In this document: positions 18,476 to 27,607 of the stretch, piece after piece | How positions within the stretch are numbered: position 1 is the first letter of the stretch | How the letters are laid out: each line of letters begins with the position of its first letter | Assembly: GCA_041752695.1 (NCBI GenBank) | Contig: JBGSVZ010000016.1 | Coordinates: 9,222 to 73,221 of the forward strand | Reading direction: 5' to 3' | DNA: 64,000 nucleotides | Source of the DNA: Terrimicrobiaceae bacterium | GTDB lineage: Bacteria > Verrucomicrobiota > Verrucomicrobiia > Chthoniobacterales > Terrimicrobiaceae | Position numbers and translations under genes: made by a program | Notes under the pieces: generated by a model | The model's database searches: none | What the model saw: the letters and a program-made list of their open reading frames with translations, nothing else | What the model was told of the DNA's origin: nothing

Positions 18476-19390
18476 ATGCATATCCGGGAAATTTTCCAGA
18501 ATCATCCCACTACGTTTTCCTTCGAGTTCTTTCCGGCCAAGACGCCGGAGGCTGCGGATGCGTTGTTTGAAGTCATCCGGGACCTCGAGCCTTATCAGCC
18601 GCATTTCGTCAGCGTCACCTATGGGGCGGGCGGTTCGACCCGGGAACTGACGCATGAGCTCGTCGAGCGCATTGGCAAGACCACTTCACTCGACCCTATT
18701 CCGCACCTCACCTGTGTGTGCCACAAGGAGGCGGAGATTGCAGCGATTCTCGAGCGATACGCCCGGGCCGGGGTGACCAATATCCTGGCCTTGGGAGGCG
18801 ATGCGCCGCGCGGTGCGGCCTACAACAAGGCGGACGACGATTTTCAACACGCCGCCGATCTGGTTTCCTTCATTCAGAAATTCAACGCCTCTGGGGCTCA
18901 TCCTGTGCCCGGCGGATTTGGGGTTGGCGTTGCGGGATTTCCCGAGGGGCATCCGGCCACGCCGAATCGTTTGGTGGAAATGGATTATCTCAAGAGCAAG
19001 GTCGATGCGGGTGCCGACTATATCGTCACGCAATTGTTCTTCGATAATCGCGATTTCCTCGACTTTCGCGACCGTTGTGATCTGGCGGGGATCCGGGTGC
19101 CGATCATCGCCGGCATCATGCCCGTAACATCGATGACCGGGATGAAACGCATGGCGGAACTGGCGGCGGGAGCCCGTTTTCCGGCCAAGCTCCTTCGCGC
19201 TTTGCAACGTTGTGGGGATGATGCCGCGGCGGTCAACCGCGTGGGTGTCCACTACGCGTCCGAGCAATGCCACGACCTGCTGGAAAACAAGGTGCGGGGA
19301 ATTCATTTCTACACCCTGAATAAATCCGACGCCACCAAGCGGATCTTCGAGAGCCTGGGGCTGAAGGATTCCCGTCTGGCGGCGGCTTAA
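18476..19390 (+). CDS. metF: Methylenetetrahydrofolate reductase
   Basis: FSFEFFPAK, FVSVTYGAGG, PHLTC, AGFPEGH, VTQLFFD, HFYTLN. Confidence 0.96.
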   Translation: MHIREIFQNHPTTFSFEFFPAKTPEAADALFEVIRDLEPYQPHFVSVTYGAGGSTRELTHELVERIGKTTSLDPIPHLTCVCHKEAEIAAILERYARAGVTNILALGGDAPRGAAYNKADDDFQHAADLVSFIQKFNASGAHPVPGGFGVGVAGFPEGHPATPNRLVEMDYLKSKVDAGADYIVTQLFFDNRDFLDFRDRCDLAGIRVPIIAGIMPVTSMTGMKRMAELAAGARFPAKLLRALQRCGDDAAAVNRVGVHYASEQCHDLLENKVRGIHFYTLNKSDATKRIFESLGLKDSRLAAA

Positions 19391-19440
19391 ACCGCGAGCT
19401 TTTCATTTTCGGTCCGGCGGGGTAGGGATTGAAGAAACTT

Positions 19441-20433
19441 ATGTTCCTGCCGATTCCCCATTTGATTGTTCAACCCGACGATGGTGTCGGTCCCGTGCGT
19501 GATTTTATCTCCACGGCGAAGAAAACGCTGCTGATCAAGCAGTTCACCTTTTCCGAAACGAGCCTGCTCCAGGCGGTGGTGGACCGCAAAAATGCGGGCG
19601 TCGAGGTGCGGATCATGCTCAACCCGAAACGCTCGGGCGGAGATCGGGCTAATGATGAGACGTACGATTTTTTCAAGAAAAACGGGGTCAATATCCAGTG
19701 GGCGAACCCCAAGTTTTACGTCACGCACGAAAAGTCGATTGTGGTGGATGGCGAGGCGGCGCTGATTGCGACCTTCAATCTCTGCACGAAGTATTTTACC
19801 CAGACCCGCGATTACGGGATTGTGACGCAGGATCCGGTGCGGGTCGCTCAAGTGGCGGAGGGTTTTGAGGCGGATTGGGAGCATCGGGACTGGATGCCGA
19901 GTCCGGACTCCGGGCTGCTCTGGAGTAATGCGAATTCCCGCGCGCACATGGCGGCTTTCATTGACGCCGCGAAAAAACGCCTCGACGTCCAGCATCCGAA
20001 GTTTGTTGATGCGGTGATCACGGACCGCCTGCTGGAAGCAGCGGAGCGCGGGGTTCATGTTAGAGTCCTCTGCGGTGGCAAACACGGCATCAGCGACTGG
20101 GATATCCTGGACACCTTTTCTTCCCTGCGGATTCTCAAACGTTTCGGCGTGAAAGTGCACAAGCAGAAAAACCTCCGCCTGCATGCCAAACTTCTGATCT
20201 CCGATGAAGAACATGCGCTGGTGGGTTCGATGAATATCGACCGCAGCGCCTTTGATCTGCGGCGCGAACTCGGTACGACCATTCGCGACGAGGCCGTGGT
20301 CAGGCGGCTGATCAACGTCTTCGAGGGCGACTGGGGTTCGTCGCACAGTTACGATCCGCCGGACCCGCTCAACCCCGACAAACACAAGGAAGACGCCGAT
20401 TTCCCGCACGACAAAGATCTGCGGCATGAGTGA
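19441..20433 (+). CDS. Phospholipase D superfamily protein (two HKD motifs)
   Basis: HEKSIVVD and HAKLLISD...VGSMN; no signal peptide or TM seen; alternative start TTG 19429. Confidence 0.88.
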   Translation: MFLPIPHLIVQPDDGVGPVRDFISTAKKTLLIKQFTFSETSLLQAVVDRKNAGVEVRIMLNPKRSGGDRANDETYDFFKKNGVNIQWANPKFYVTHEKSIVVDGEAALIATFNLCTKYFTQTRDYGIVTQDPVRVAQVAEGFEADWEHRDWMPSPDSGLLWSNANSRAHMAAFIDAAKKRLDVQHPKFVDAVITDRLLEAAERGVHVRVLCGGKHGISDWDILDTFSSLRILKRFGVKVHKQKNLRLHAKLLISDEEHALVGSMNIDRSAFDLRRELGTTIRDEAVVRRLINVFEGDWGSSHSYDPPDPLNPDKHKEDADFPHDKDLRHE

Positions 20434-21013
20434 TCCTGCGGAGGGCCGAGGGTCGAGTGAAAGTGAAAGGGGGAGGGTGTCTCTCTTCGAATTGGCGCGC
20501 ACATTCAATCACATTGCTCTGGCTTCGTTTGGTGGAGGGTTGTCTGCCTGGTCGCGGGAGGTGGTGGTGGTGGAGAAAAAGTGGATGACGGATGAGGAGT
20601 TCCTCAGCGCCATCACGATGTGCCGGATATTGCCCGGGGCCAATCAAGTGAACCTGGCGGTTTTTGTGGGGAACAAAATGGGCGGCGTGCCCGGCGCGGC
20701 GGCGGCCATTTTCGGTCTCACTCTGGTGCCAGTCCTGATCGTGTTGGCGATGGGCTATGGGTATTTCACCTTCCACCACGTTCCGGCTCTGCAGAATATT
20801 CTGCGCGGCGCGGCGGCTGCCGCGGTGGCCCTCACGCTGGCCATGGCGATCAAGACAGGGAAAAAATGCCTCGGCGGACTGGTTCCCGTGGTGCTTTTCG
20901 CGGCGATGTTTTTGATGAACGGCGTCTGGCGCATGCACCTTCTGCCCTGCCTGGCGATTTTGGCCCCATTGAGCCTGCTGTGGGGTTGGCCGAAGAGCGA
21001 GAAGAAGTCATGA
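20426..21013 (+). CDS. Short-chain chromate transporter (CHR family) subunit 1
   Basis: ASFGGG, KKWMTDEEF, LPGANQ; hydrophobic. Confidence 0.9.
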   Translation: MSDPAEGRGSSESERGRVSLFELARTFNHIALASFGGGLSAWSREVVVVEKKWMTDEEFLSAITMCRILPGANQVNLAVFVGNKMGGVPGAAAAIFGLTLVPVLIVLAMGYGYFTFHHVPALQNILRGAAAAAVALTLAMAIKTGKKCLGGLVPVVLFAAMFLMNGVWRMHLLPCLAILAPLSLLWGWPKSEKKS

Positions 21014-21573
21014 ACCTCCGGACGTTTCTCCAACTCCTGACGCTTTTTACGTCCCTGTCCCTGATGTCCATCGGTGGGGGAAATACCGTGTTGCCGGAAA
21101 TGCACTTAAAGGCCGTCCGTGATTACCACTGGATGACCGACAACCAGTTTGCCGACATTTTTGCCATTTCCCAGGCGGCTCCTGGACCGAGCATCTTGAT
21201 TGTTACGCTGGTCGGCTACAAAGCCGGGCTCGGTGCCATGCCGGCGGGATGGGAGCAAGTCGGCGGGGTGGCCGGCGCTGCGCTCGCCACCATCGCGATG
21301 ATGGTGCCGGCGGGGATTCTGGTATTTCTGGTGGCGAGAGTTTGGGAGAGCGCGAAAGATTCGGCGATCCGCAAGGCCATTGAGAAGGGATTTGCGCCCC
21401 TCACGGTCGGACTGGTGCTGGCCAGCGGTTATGTGATGAGCCAGACGGCGGATCACGACTGGCGCGCCTACGTGCTCACGGCCGTCTGCACCGCCATTTT
21501 TGTCGGCACCAAAATCAATCCACTGATTGTGGTGGGGGCGGCGGGAGTTCTCGGTTACCTGGGTTTGGTTTGA
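21010..21573 (+). CDS. Short-chain chromate transporter (CHR family) subunit 2
   Basis: ATG 21010 MNLRTF; SIGGG, WMTDNQF, ISQAAPGP; ATGA overlap. Confidence 0.9.
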   Translation: MNLRTFLQLLTLFTSLSLMSIGGGNTVLPEMHLKAVRDYHWMTDNQFADIFAISQAAPGPSILIVTLVGYKAGLGAMPAGWEQVGGVAGAALATIAMMVPAGILVFLVARVWESAKDSAIRKAIEKGFAPLTVGLVLASGYVMSQTADHDWRAYVLTAVCTAIFVGTKINPLIVVGAAGVLGYLGLV

Positions 21574-23206
21574 GATAGCTGCGGAGGTCGTAGAGTGTGC
21601 CTGCTCCGCGGGGGACAAGGTCGGGCCGGTCGGTTTGGCGGACGGCCCCCCACTGCACGTTGAGCTTCTGCGCGGCTTCCTCCCATCCCACGATGCCGCG
21701 AAGAACATCCTTGGTCAGGGCCATCTTGTCCTGGTAGGCGAGACCGTGGCTCCACAGGTGGCCATCGTACCCGCAGGCGACCTTGCGTCCGAGCAGAATG
21801 AGCGGGTGGTTATAATCGGGCATGGCCACAAAACGGTCGGTGGCGGGGATGGGTTTTACGATGGCCTGCCATTTGGCAAGTTCGGACCGGCTGGCCAGGA
21901 AATATCCGTGCCGCGCGTCGAGGCCGCCAATGAGGGAGACGGCACCGGAAAAAAACAGGACAAAACAAAGCGCCGCCTGAGCGGGCAATTGGAGGGGCCG
22001 AAGGACGAGCGACCACAGATAGGGCGCCAGTACCAGCCAGCACCACATCATGAGTTTCATGTTGTCCCATTCCCAGCGACTGAATGCGACGACACAACAG
22101 ATGAGAAAAAGGACGGTAGCCCCTCCCACAAAACACCGGGCTTCCTCATCCTTTCCGCGCACGGCCAGAAACGTCGTGATCACGCCAAGGGGCAGGGTTA
22201 GTCCGAAATCCTTGAAAAAATCCGGCCAGCCTTTGCCGTTGAGGATCCACCCCCACGCCAAATGCAGACCCCCCGAGGAGAAAAACATCCCCGTGATCAA
22301 AAGGACGCAGAGGGTGGCCGGGACGAAGGCCGCACCCACCAGGATCCCCAAGGTTTTCCGGCTGCTGCCCCTGAGGAGAAATATCGCCGCCAGCATAAGG
22401 CTGAGGAAAATGAACGAATGCAAACTGAACAGCGGCATGGCGGCGTAGAGCAAAAGCTGCAGCCAACGCGGAACGATGGAAGGTTTGCCGCGGAAAAATT
22501 CGTCCCGCCATGAGGTGAGCAAAAGCAGACCGGCCGGGAGCGCGAAAAGCAGCCCGCGCTGCGTGACAAACATCGAGAGGAAGAGGTTTTTCCAGACGAG
22601 TTCCTTTTGAAAGTCCTCGAATTGCCCGGTCTGAAAAATGACAAATCCGACGAGCCCGCCGTTGAAAAGAAAGGCGGCCACCCCGAAAGCTCCGCCCCAC
22701 CGCCAGAGTGCAAACCCGGTGAGGGCCGCGCCGCCAAGTCCAACCCAGATGAGTCCGCGATAGGTCCCCACGCCGCACAATTCGAGCAGACTGTTGAACA
22801 AATCCGCGCCGAGCGGATAGGTGAGCGGCGCGCCCGTGAGGATGGGGCTTTCCGGCCAGAACGGGATGCCGCTGGCGAGATAGCGGATGAAATTCAGATG
22901 CAGCGACATGTCGCCGAGGTTGTTGGGCGAAAGCACGAAAACCTCGTTGCCCCGTTCCCCGACCAGCCAGAGGAACGCCCGCAGGGAAACCAGCGTGAAT
23001 ATTCCCAGCAAGGCCCAATCCCAGGGACCGGCAGCCGACTGGGTGTCAGGGCGGCTCCCCCGCCACGCCAGGAAGGCGGTCCCGGTCCCGGCGGCGAGCG
23101 CGAGGAGGGCGGCGAGGGTATTTAATCCTCCCATGGCAAAGCCCAGGAAAATCGCCGCCACGACCGTCGCAAAGACAAAGGCAATTCCCGCGGCTAACTC
23201 CCTCAT
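21515..23206 (-). CDS. Polytopic membrane protein, probable GT-C fold glycosyltransferase-like
   Basis: Many TM segments; periplasmic loop NNLGDMSLHLNFIRYLASG-WPESP...LTYP typical of GT-C-type proteins. Confidence 0.6.
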   Translation of the reverse strand: MRELAAGIAFVFATVVAAIFLGFAMGGLNTLAALLALAAGTGTAFLAWRGSRPDTQSAAGPWDWALLGIFTLVSLRAFLWLVGERGNEVFVLSPNNLGDMSLHLNFIRYLASGIPFWPESPILTGAPLTYPLGADLFNSLLELCGVGTYRGLIWVGLGGAALTGFALWRWGGAFGVAAFLFNGGLVGFVIFQTGQFEDFQKELVWKNLFLSMFVTQRGLLFALPAGLLLLTSWRDEFFRGKPSIVPRWLQLLLYAAMPLFSLHSFIFLSLMLAAIFLLRGSSRKTLGILVGAAFVPATLCVLLITGMFFSSGGLHLAWGWILNGKGWPDFFKDFGLTLPLGVITTFLAVRGKDEEARCFVGGATVLFLICCVVAFSRWEWDNMKLMMWCWLVLAPYLWSLVLRPLQLPAQAALCFVLFFSGAVSLIGGLDARHGYFLASRSELAKWQAIVKPIPATDRFVAMPDYNHPLILLGRKVACGYDGHLWSHGLAYQDKMALTKDVLRGIVGWEEAAQKLNVQWGAVRQTDRPDLVPRGAGTLYDLRSYLKPNPGNRELPPPPPQSVD

Positions 23207-24783
23207 GGCGGGTCCGCTCCTTCAGCCTCAGTGGGGAGATCGGCGGCTTCATAAATGACGGGTGTCTCCCCGGGAAACCACGTTCCATAGGGTTCGGCGC
23301 GGAAATAGACCACACAATCACCCTGCGCGTCGCGCAGACGGAAATCATGTTTGAAGTAGGGTCCGGAAAGTTGCCGTTCGACCTTGGTCTCGTCCTTTTT
23401 TTCCGCGACGACAAAGTCATTCGTAATCGGGCCGGCCGGAATTTCGGTCGGTTTGTAATACCCCAGTTGCGTGAAATCTCCCAGCACCCAGGGCAGGGGA
23501 TAATAGCTGTCGAGCAGAAGAATCCCGCGAACGTGGTAGTTCCGAGAATCGCGTTGGGCCATGCCCAGAAGGGGGTCGGTCAGAACTTTCGAATCGCGGA
23601 ACGTCTGTACATACACGTAGGGCTCCTTCGGGTTGTCAAAGTCGATGAGGTTGAGGCGCAGGCAGGGAAAGAGGCTGAGCAAAATGGCCGCAGCGGCGAA
23701 GCCTGGCACGGGATGGAAGTTTTTGCTCCTGGGGAGGAGCTTCGCGGTTTCGTCCACCACCGCGCCCATCAGAAGGAAAAATGGCCAGATAATTGACAGG
23801 ATGCACCAGGGCGTTTTGTAGGGAATGATCGAATAGGCGAGCAGCGCCCCGCCGGCGTAGATCGCGACGTACCGCAGCCGTGCGTCGGAGGGTGCGATAA
23901 ACCGGAAGCAGGCCACGAGACCCACCAGAGCGGGCCATTCATAAAGCCAGAAGAGGTGGATCCAATAATAATTGAGAGGCGAACCTTCCCAGAGAGCGTA
24001 GATGGTTTTTTCGTGGCCGGCAGCCTCGACGCCGGTGTGAAACCATGCTCCGAACGTCTGATAGAGCCCCTTCAAAATGCTGAAATCGAGAAAGTTTCCC
24101 GAGTAAAAAAATACGATGGCCAGCACACCGAGACCCGAGGCCCAGGCCACGTCCCGGGGCGTCCAGTTCGCCCGGGCGACGGGCAGGACCGGACGCGAGG
24201 GCAGCACCATCTGCCACAGCCACAGCACCAACCCGGCCAGCGCGAAGCTGCCGATGTGGAGCACGTAGGTTTCTTTCGTGAGAATCATCCCCACCGCCGC
24301 AAAAACCGTCGCGAAAAAGAACCGCCGCTCGCCTTTCTGCCACATCCCAAGCACGCCCCAGAGAAACGTGATCTGGAAATACATCAGCCACGATTCATGG
24401 ATCGAATACCGACCATAAAACACACACGCCGGCGAAACCGCCATGGCCAGCGCCGCGAGACGCGCCGTGGTCGGACCGAAAAATTCCCGGTAGCGCAGCA
24501 ACGCCCACACCGCCAGAAGTCCGGCAATGATGGCCGGCAGTCGCAGCGCCCAAAGGTTTCGCCCGAACAGAGTCTGAGAGACGAAGACCGCGTAAAAATG
24601 CAGGGGTCCGTGGTAGTTCGTGGGATCGTAGCGGAAAAATCCCTGCCGCGTCATCTGGTCGGCAAACCAACCGTTGACCCCCTCGTCGAAATGCGCCGGC
24701 TTGATGTCGAGCAGCAAAACACGGAGAACCACGGCCAGCAGCAGGATGCCGATCTCAATCCAGGGAAGTTTCCGCGCGTTCAC
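23203..24783 (-). CDS. TIGR03663/Agl23-like GT-C (PMT-like) membrane protein
   Basis: HFDEGVN, YDPTNYHGP, YGRYSIHE, TKET, IPYKTPW, YVYVQT, PLPWVL. Confidence 0.75.
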   Translation of the reverse strand: MNARKLPWIEIGILLLAVVLRVLLLDIKPAHFDEGVNGWFADQMTRQGFFRYDPTNYHGPLHFYAVFVSQTLFGRNLWALRLPAIIAGLLAVWALLRYREFFGPTTARLAALAMAVSPACVFYGRYSIHESWLMYFQITFLWGVLGMWQKGERRFFFATVFAAVGMILTKETYVLHIGSFALAGLVLWLWQMVLPSRPVLPVARANWTPRDVAWASGLGVLAIVFFYSGNFLDFSILKGLYQTFGAWFHTGVEAAGHEKTIYALWEGSPLNYYWIHLFWLYEWPALVGLVACFRFIAPSDARLRYVAIYAGGALLAYSIIPYKTPWCILSIIWPFFLLMGAVVDETAKLLPRSKNFHPVPGFAAAAILLSLFPCLRLNLIDFDNPKEPYVYVQTFRDSKVLTDPLLGMAQRDSRNYHVRGILLLDSYYPLPWVLGDFTQLGYYKPTEIPAGPITNDFVVAEKKDETKVERQLSGPYFKHDFRLRDAQGDCVVYFRAEPYGTWFPGETPVIYEAADLPTEAEGADPP

Positions 24784-24846
24784 CGGAATGGGATAGAGGG
24801 CCGGTCGGTCGAGTGCAAGCCGGGGAAAGCGGGGAGAGGTTCACCG

Positions 24847-24881
24847 TTTTTTCGAAAAACGGACGTTTTTCGTTGCAGGTA
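24847..24881 (+). repeat. 35-bp degenerate direct repeat, copy 1 (left of MNT-HEPN)
   Basis: ttttttcgaaaaacggacgtttttcgttgcaggta; 29/35 identical to 26029-26063. Confidence 0.8.
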
Positions 24882-24948
24882 TGCAAGCCTGACCTCGAAG
24901 CAGAGTCCCGGGACGAGACGCAGGGGGGGCAAGAAATGTATGGCGAGG

Positions 24949-24964
24949 GCATACAATCGTATGC
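24949..24964 (+). promoter_or_regulatory. Palindromic operator overlapping -10 box of TA operon
   Basis: GCATAC-aatc-GTATGC containing TACAAT (24952-24957), 12 nt before ATG 24977. Confidence 0.55.
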
Positions 24965-24976
24965 TACAGACAAACA

Positions 24977-25567
24977 ATGTCTGTCAGTGCCATCGAAGTC
25001 CTTTTTCCAAAAGTTCGGGCGGAGTTGCTGCGCGTGCTTTTTGACGAAAAGTCCGGAGAGTTTCATCTGCGCGAGCTGGCGCGTCTGTGCCACCTTGCCG
25101 TCGGCACAGTGCAGAAGGAAGTGGGCAAGCTTTGCGGGGTGGAATTGCTGGTTGCCCGGCGGGATGGCAATCGCCTTTATTACCGGGCCAATGTGGAACA
25201 TCCCCTCTTTCCCGAGTTGCGTGGGATCGTTCGAAAAACCACCGGCTTGCGCAGCCAGTTGGAAGCGGCCCTGGCCGACTTCTCCGGCATCGAAATGGCC
25301 TTTGTCTTCGGCTCCCAGGCTGCGGGAACCGCCGGGGCTCGGAGTGATGTGGACGTGTTGGTTGTTGGCAACATCGGGCTCCGCGCCCTGGCCCCGAGGT
25401 TGCGTCCGGTCGGCGTGGCTCTCGACCGCGAGATCAATCCGCATGTCCTGGCGGCGGAAACCTTTGCGGCCAAGGCCCGCCGGGGCGATGCCTTCGTAAA
25501 AAACGTCTTGGCCGCGCCGAAGCTATGGATCATAGGGAGCGACGATGAGCTTGAAAAACTGGTCTGA
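24977..25567 (+). CDS. wHTH + minimal nucleotidyltransferase (MNT) antitoxin
   Basis: N-terminal HLRELARLCHLAVGTVQKE HTH; FVFGS-x10-DVD. Confidence 0.88.
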   Translation: MSVSAIEVLFPKVRAELLRVLFDEKSGEFHLRELARLCHLAVGTVQKEVGKLCGVELLVARRDGNRLYYRANVEHPLFPELRGIVRKTTGLRSQLEAALADFSGIEMAFVFGSQAAGTAGARSDVDVLVVGNIGLRALAPRLRPVGVALDREINPHVLAAETFAAKARRGDAFVKNVLAAPKLWIIGSDDELEKLV

Positions 25568-25985
25568 AAACGGGTGGCTCCGGCCCCATCAGACCAGCCG
25601 CTCCCAGATTGCCGACCTTTTTGCCATCGTCGACCGCGATCTGGAGGACGTTCGTTCCGAGCGTCTCTCCACGGACTGGCAGTTCGGGATCGCTTACAAC
25701 GCCGCTCTGAAACTTTGCACCATTCTTCTCTATGCCGAGGGATTCCGGCCGGAAAAGAATCTTGCTCATTTCCGCACCCTTCAAGCCTTGCCGCTGATCC
25801 TGGGGCCCGGCTACGAAGATGAAGCCGACTATCTCGATGCCTGCCGCAGCAAACGCAACACGGCGGAGTACGACGTTGCCGGTCAGATCGGTCCCGAGGA
25901 GGCCCGGGAGCTCTTTGAGTTTTGTCTCGAATTGCGTTCCGCCGTGACGGTCTGGGTGAAGGAAAATCATCCGCAGCTGATCTGA
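25545..25985 (+). CDS. HEPN-domain protein (putative toxin)
   Basis: Helical; AYNAA, GFR, HxxT, RSKRNTAEY; 23-bp overlap with MNT gene. Confidence 0.8.
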   Translation: MSLKNWSENGWLRPHQTSRSQIADLFAIVDRDLEDVRSERLSTDWQFGIAYNAALKLCTILLYAEGFRPEKNLAHFRTLQALPLILGPGYEDEADYLDACRSKRNTAEYDVAGQIGPEEARELFEFCLELRSAVTVWVKENHPQLI

Positions 25986-26028
25986 ACATGGCTCTGGGCC
26001 CGGTAGGGAATTTTCGTAACGGGGGGTA

Positions 26029-26063
26029 TTTTTTCGAAAATCCGACGTTTTCCGCTACAGGCA
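26029..26063 (+). repeat. 35-bp degenerate direct repeat, copy 2 (right of MNT-HEPN)
   Basis: ttttttcgaaaatccgacgttttccgctacaggca. Confidence 0.8.
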
Positions 26064-26102
26064 GACGCGATTTTCGGCTTAACCTCGCGCGGTTTCGAAC
26101 CC

Positions 26103-26816
26103 ATGCCGTCCCTGTCCCTTGTCATTCCCTGCCGCAATGAATCGGCCCGTCTTCCCGCGACGCTGCGGGCGGTGACCGGCTGGCTGGCCGACCGCGAGTT
26201 GGAGGTCATCATCGTGGTGGAGAAAAGCACAGACGAGACCGCGGAGCTGGCCCGGCGCCAGGAGGCGGAGGATCCCCGCTTCCGTGCGATCTGCAATTCC
26301 GTGTCGCGGGGCAAGGGCTTTGCGGTGAAAACCGGCATGCTGGCGGCCACGGGTGACATCGTCTTTTTTATGGACGCGGATCTCAGCGTGCCGCTGCGGT
26401 TTATTGACGCCTTCCTGCCGTATTTTGAGAACGCTGACGTGGTCTTCGGGAGTCGTCAGCATCCCGAGACGGTCATTCCCATCAGTCAGCCGTTTTTCCG
26501 GGTTTTTTACGGGAGAATTTTTAATCTGGCTTTGCGGATCTGCGGGGCGACATCCTTCAAGGACACGCAATGTGGGTTCAAAGCCTTCCGCCGGGAGGCG
26601 GCGCAGGCCGTGTTTTCTCGGCTGACGCTTGATGGCTTCGGGTTTGATGTCGAAGCCATGGCCCTGGCCGAATCGATGCGGTTGCGCATCGTCGAGCGAC
26701 CGGTGGAATGGAGTGATGCACCCGGCACCAAGGTGCGCGCGCTACGCGATGGCACCCGTGCGTTTTTTGAGGCGGTGGCTGCCGCGAAGCGTGCGCAGAA
26801 AAAACTGAAACTCTGA
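26103..26816 (+). CDS. GT2 polyprenyl/dolichyl-phosphate glycosyltransferase
   Basis: VIPCRNE, RGKGFAV, FMDADLS, DTQCGFKAF, FGFDVE. Confidence 0.9.
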   Translation: MPSLSLVIPCRNESARLPATLRAVTGWLADRELEVIIVVEKSTDETAELARRQEAEDPRFRAICNSVSRGKGFAVKTGMLAATGDIVFFMDADLSVPLRFIDAFLPYFENADVVFGSRQHPETVIPISQPFFRVFYGRIFNLALRICGATSFKDTQCGFKAFRREAAQAVFSRLTLDGFGFDVEAMALAESMRLRIVERPVEWSDAPGTKVRALRDGTRAFFEAVAAAKRAQKKLKL

Positions 26817-26866
26817 AACGCGGAAACCCCGTCCGCCGATCTCCCAACTTCGAACTCCCAACTCCC
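26805..26866. repeat. 8-mer (CTGAAACN x3) then 7-mer (AACTCCC-like x4) tandem repeats
   Basis: ctgaaact ctgaaacg cggaaacc; atctccc aacttcg aactccc aactccc abutting pdxJ ATG. Confidence 0.7.
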
Positions 26867-27607
26867 ATGATTGATCTCGGCGTAAATATCGACCACGTGG
26901 CGACACTTCGGCAGGCCCGCTACCGGGAGACTCCGGGTGCCTTTAATGCCGAACCGGATCCCGTCGAGGCGGCCCTGGTGGCTGAGCGGGCCGGAGCGCT
27001 GGGCATCACCGCACATTTGCGCCAGGACCGGCGTCATATTTTGGATCGGGATATTTTTGCCCTGCGGGAGAAGGTCACGACCAAGCTGAATCTGGAAATG
27101 GGAAATTCCCCCGAGATCGTCGAGATTGCCCTCCGGGTGCTCCCGCACGATGTCTGTCTGGTCCCGGAAAACCGCCGGGAGGTCACGACCGAGGGCGGGT
27201 TGGATTGTGCCTCCCAGCGGGCGAAAACCCTTCTCCGGCCCACGCTGGAGCGGTTGCGGGAGAAGGCCATCGTGATCAGCCTCTTCATCGATCCGGAGGA
27301 ACCGCAAATCGCGGCGGCGGCGGACTTGGGGGCGGATTTTGTGGAGCTGCACACCGGGGCCTATGCCAACAGTCTGGGCGCAGATCGGGAGACGGAGCTG
27401 CAGCGCCTGGTCGCGGGTGCCGAACTGGCCCATGCCGCGGGGCTCAAGGTGAACGCGGGCCATGGAATCAATTACGAAAACATCACCGACGTGCTGCGCA
27501 TTCCCCATCTGGTGGAACTCAATATCGGGCATTCGATCATTTCCCGGGCGGTTTCCACCGGACTCGACAGCGCTGTGCGGGAGATGTTGCGGCTGATGCG
27601 GCTTTGA
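26867..27607 (+). CDS. pdxJ: Pyridoxine 5'-phosphate synthase
   Basis: LGVNIDHVATLRQAR, HLRQDRRHI, TTEGGLD, ELHTG, NAGHG, ELNIGHSI. Confidence 0.97.
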   Translation: MIDLGVNIDHVATLRQARYRETPGAFNAEPDPVEAALVAERAGALGITAHLRQDRRHILDRDIFALREKVTTKLNLEMGNSPEIVEIALRVLPHDVCLVPENRREVTTEGGLDCASQRAKTLLRPTLERLREKAIVISLFIDPEEPQIAAAADLGADFVELHTGAYANSLGADRETELQRLVAGAELAHAAGLKVNAGHGINYENITDVLRIPHLVELNIGHSIISRAVSTGLDSAVREMLRLMRL

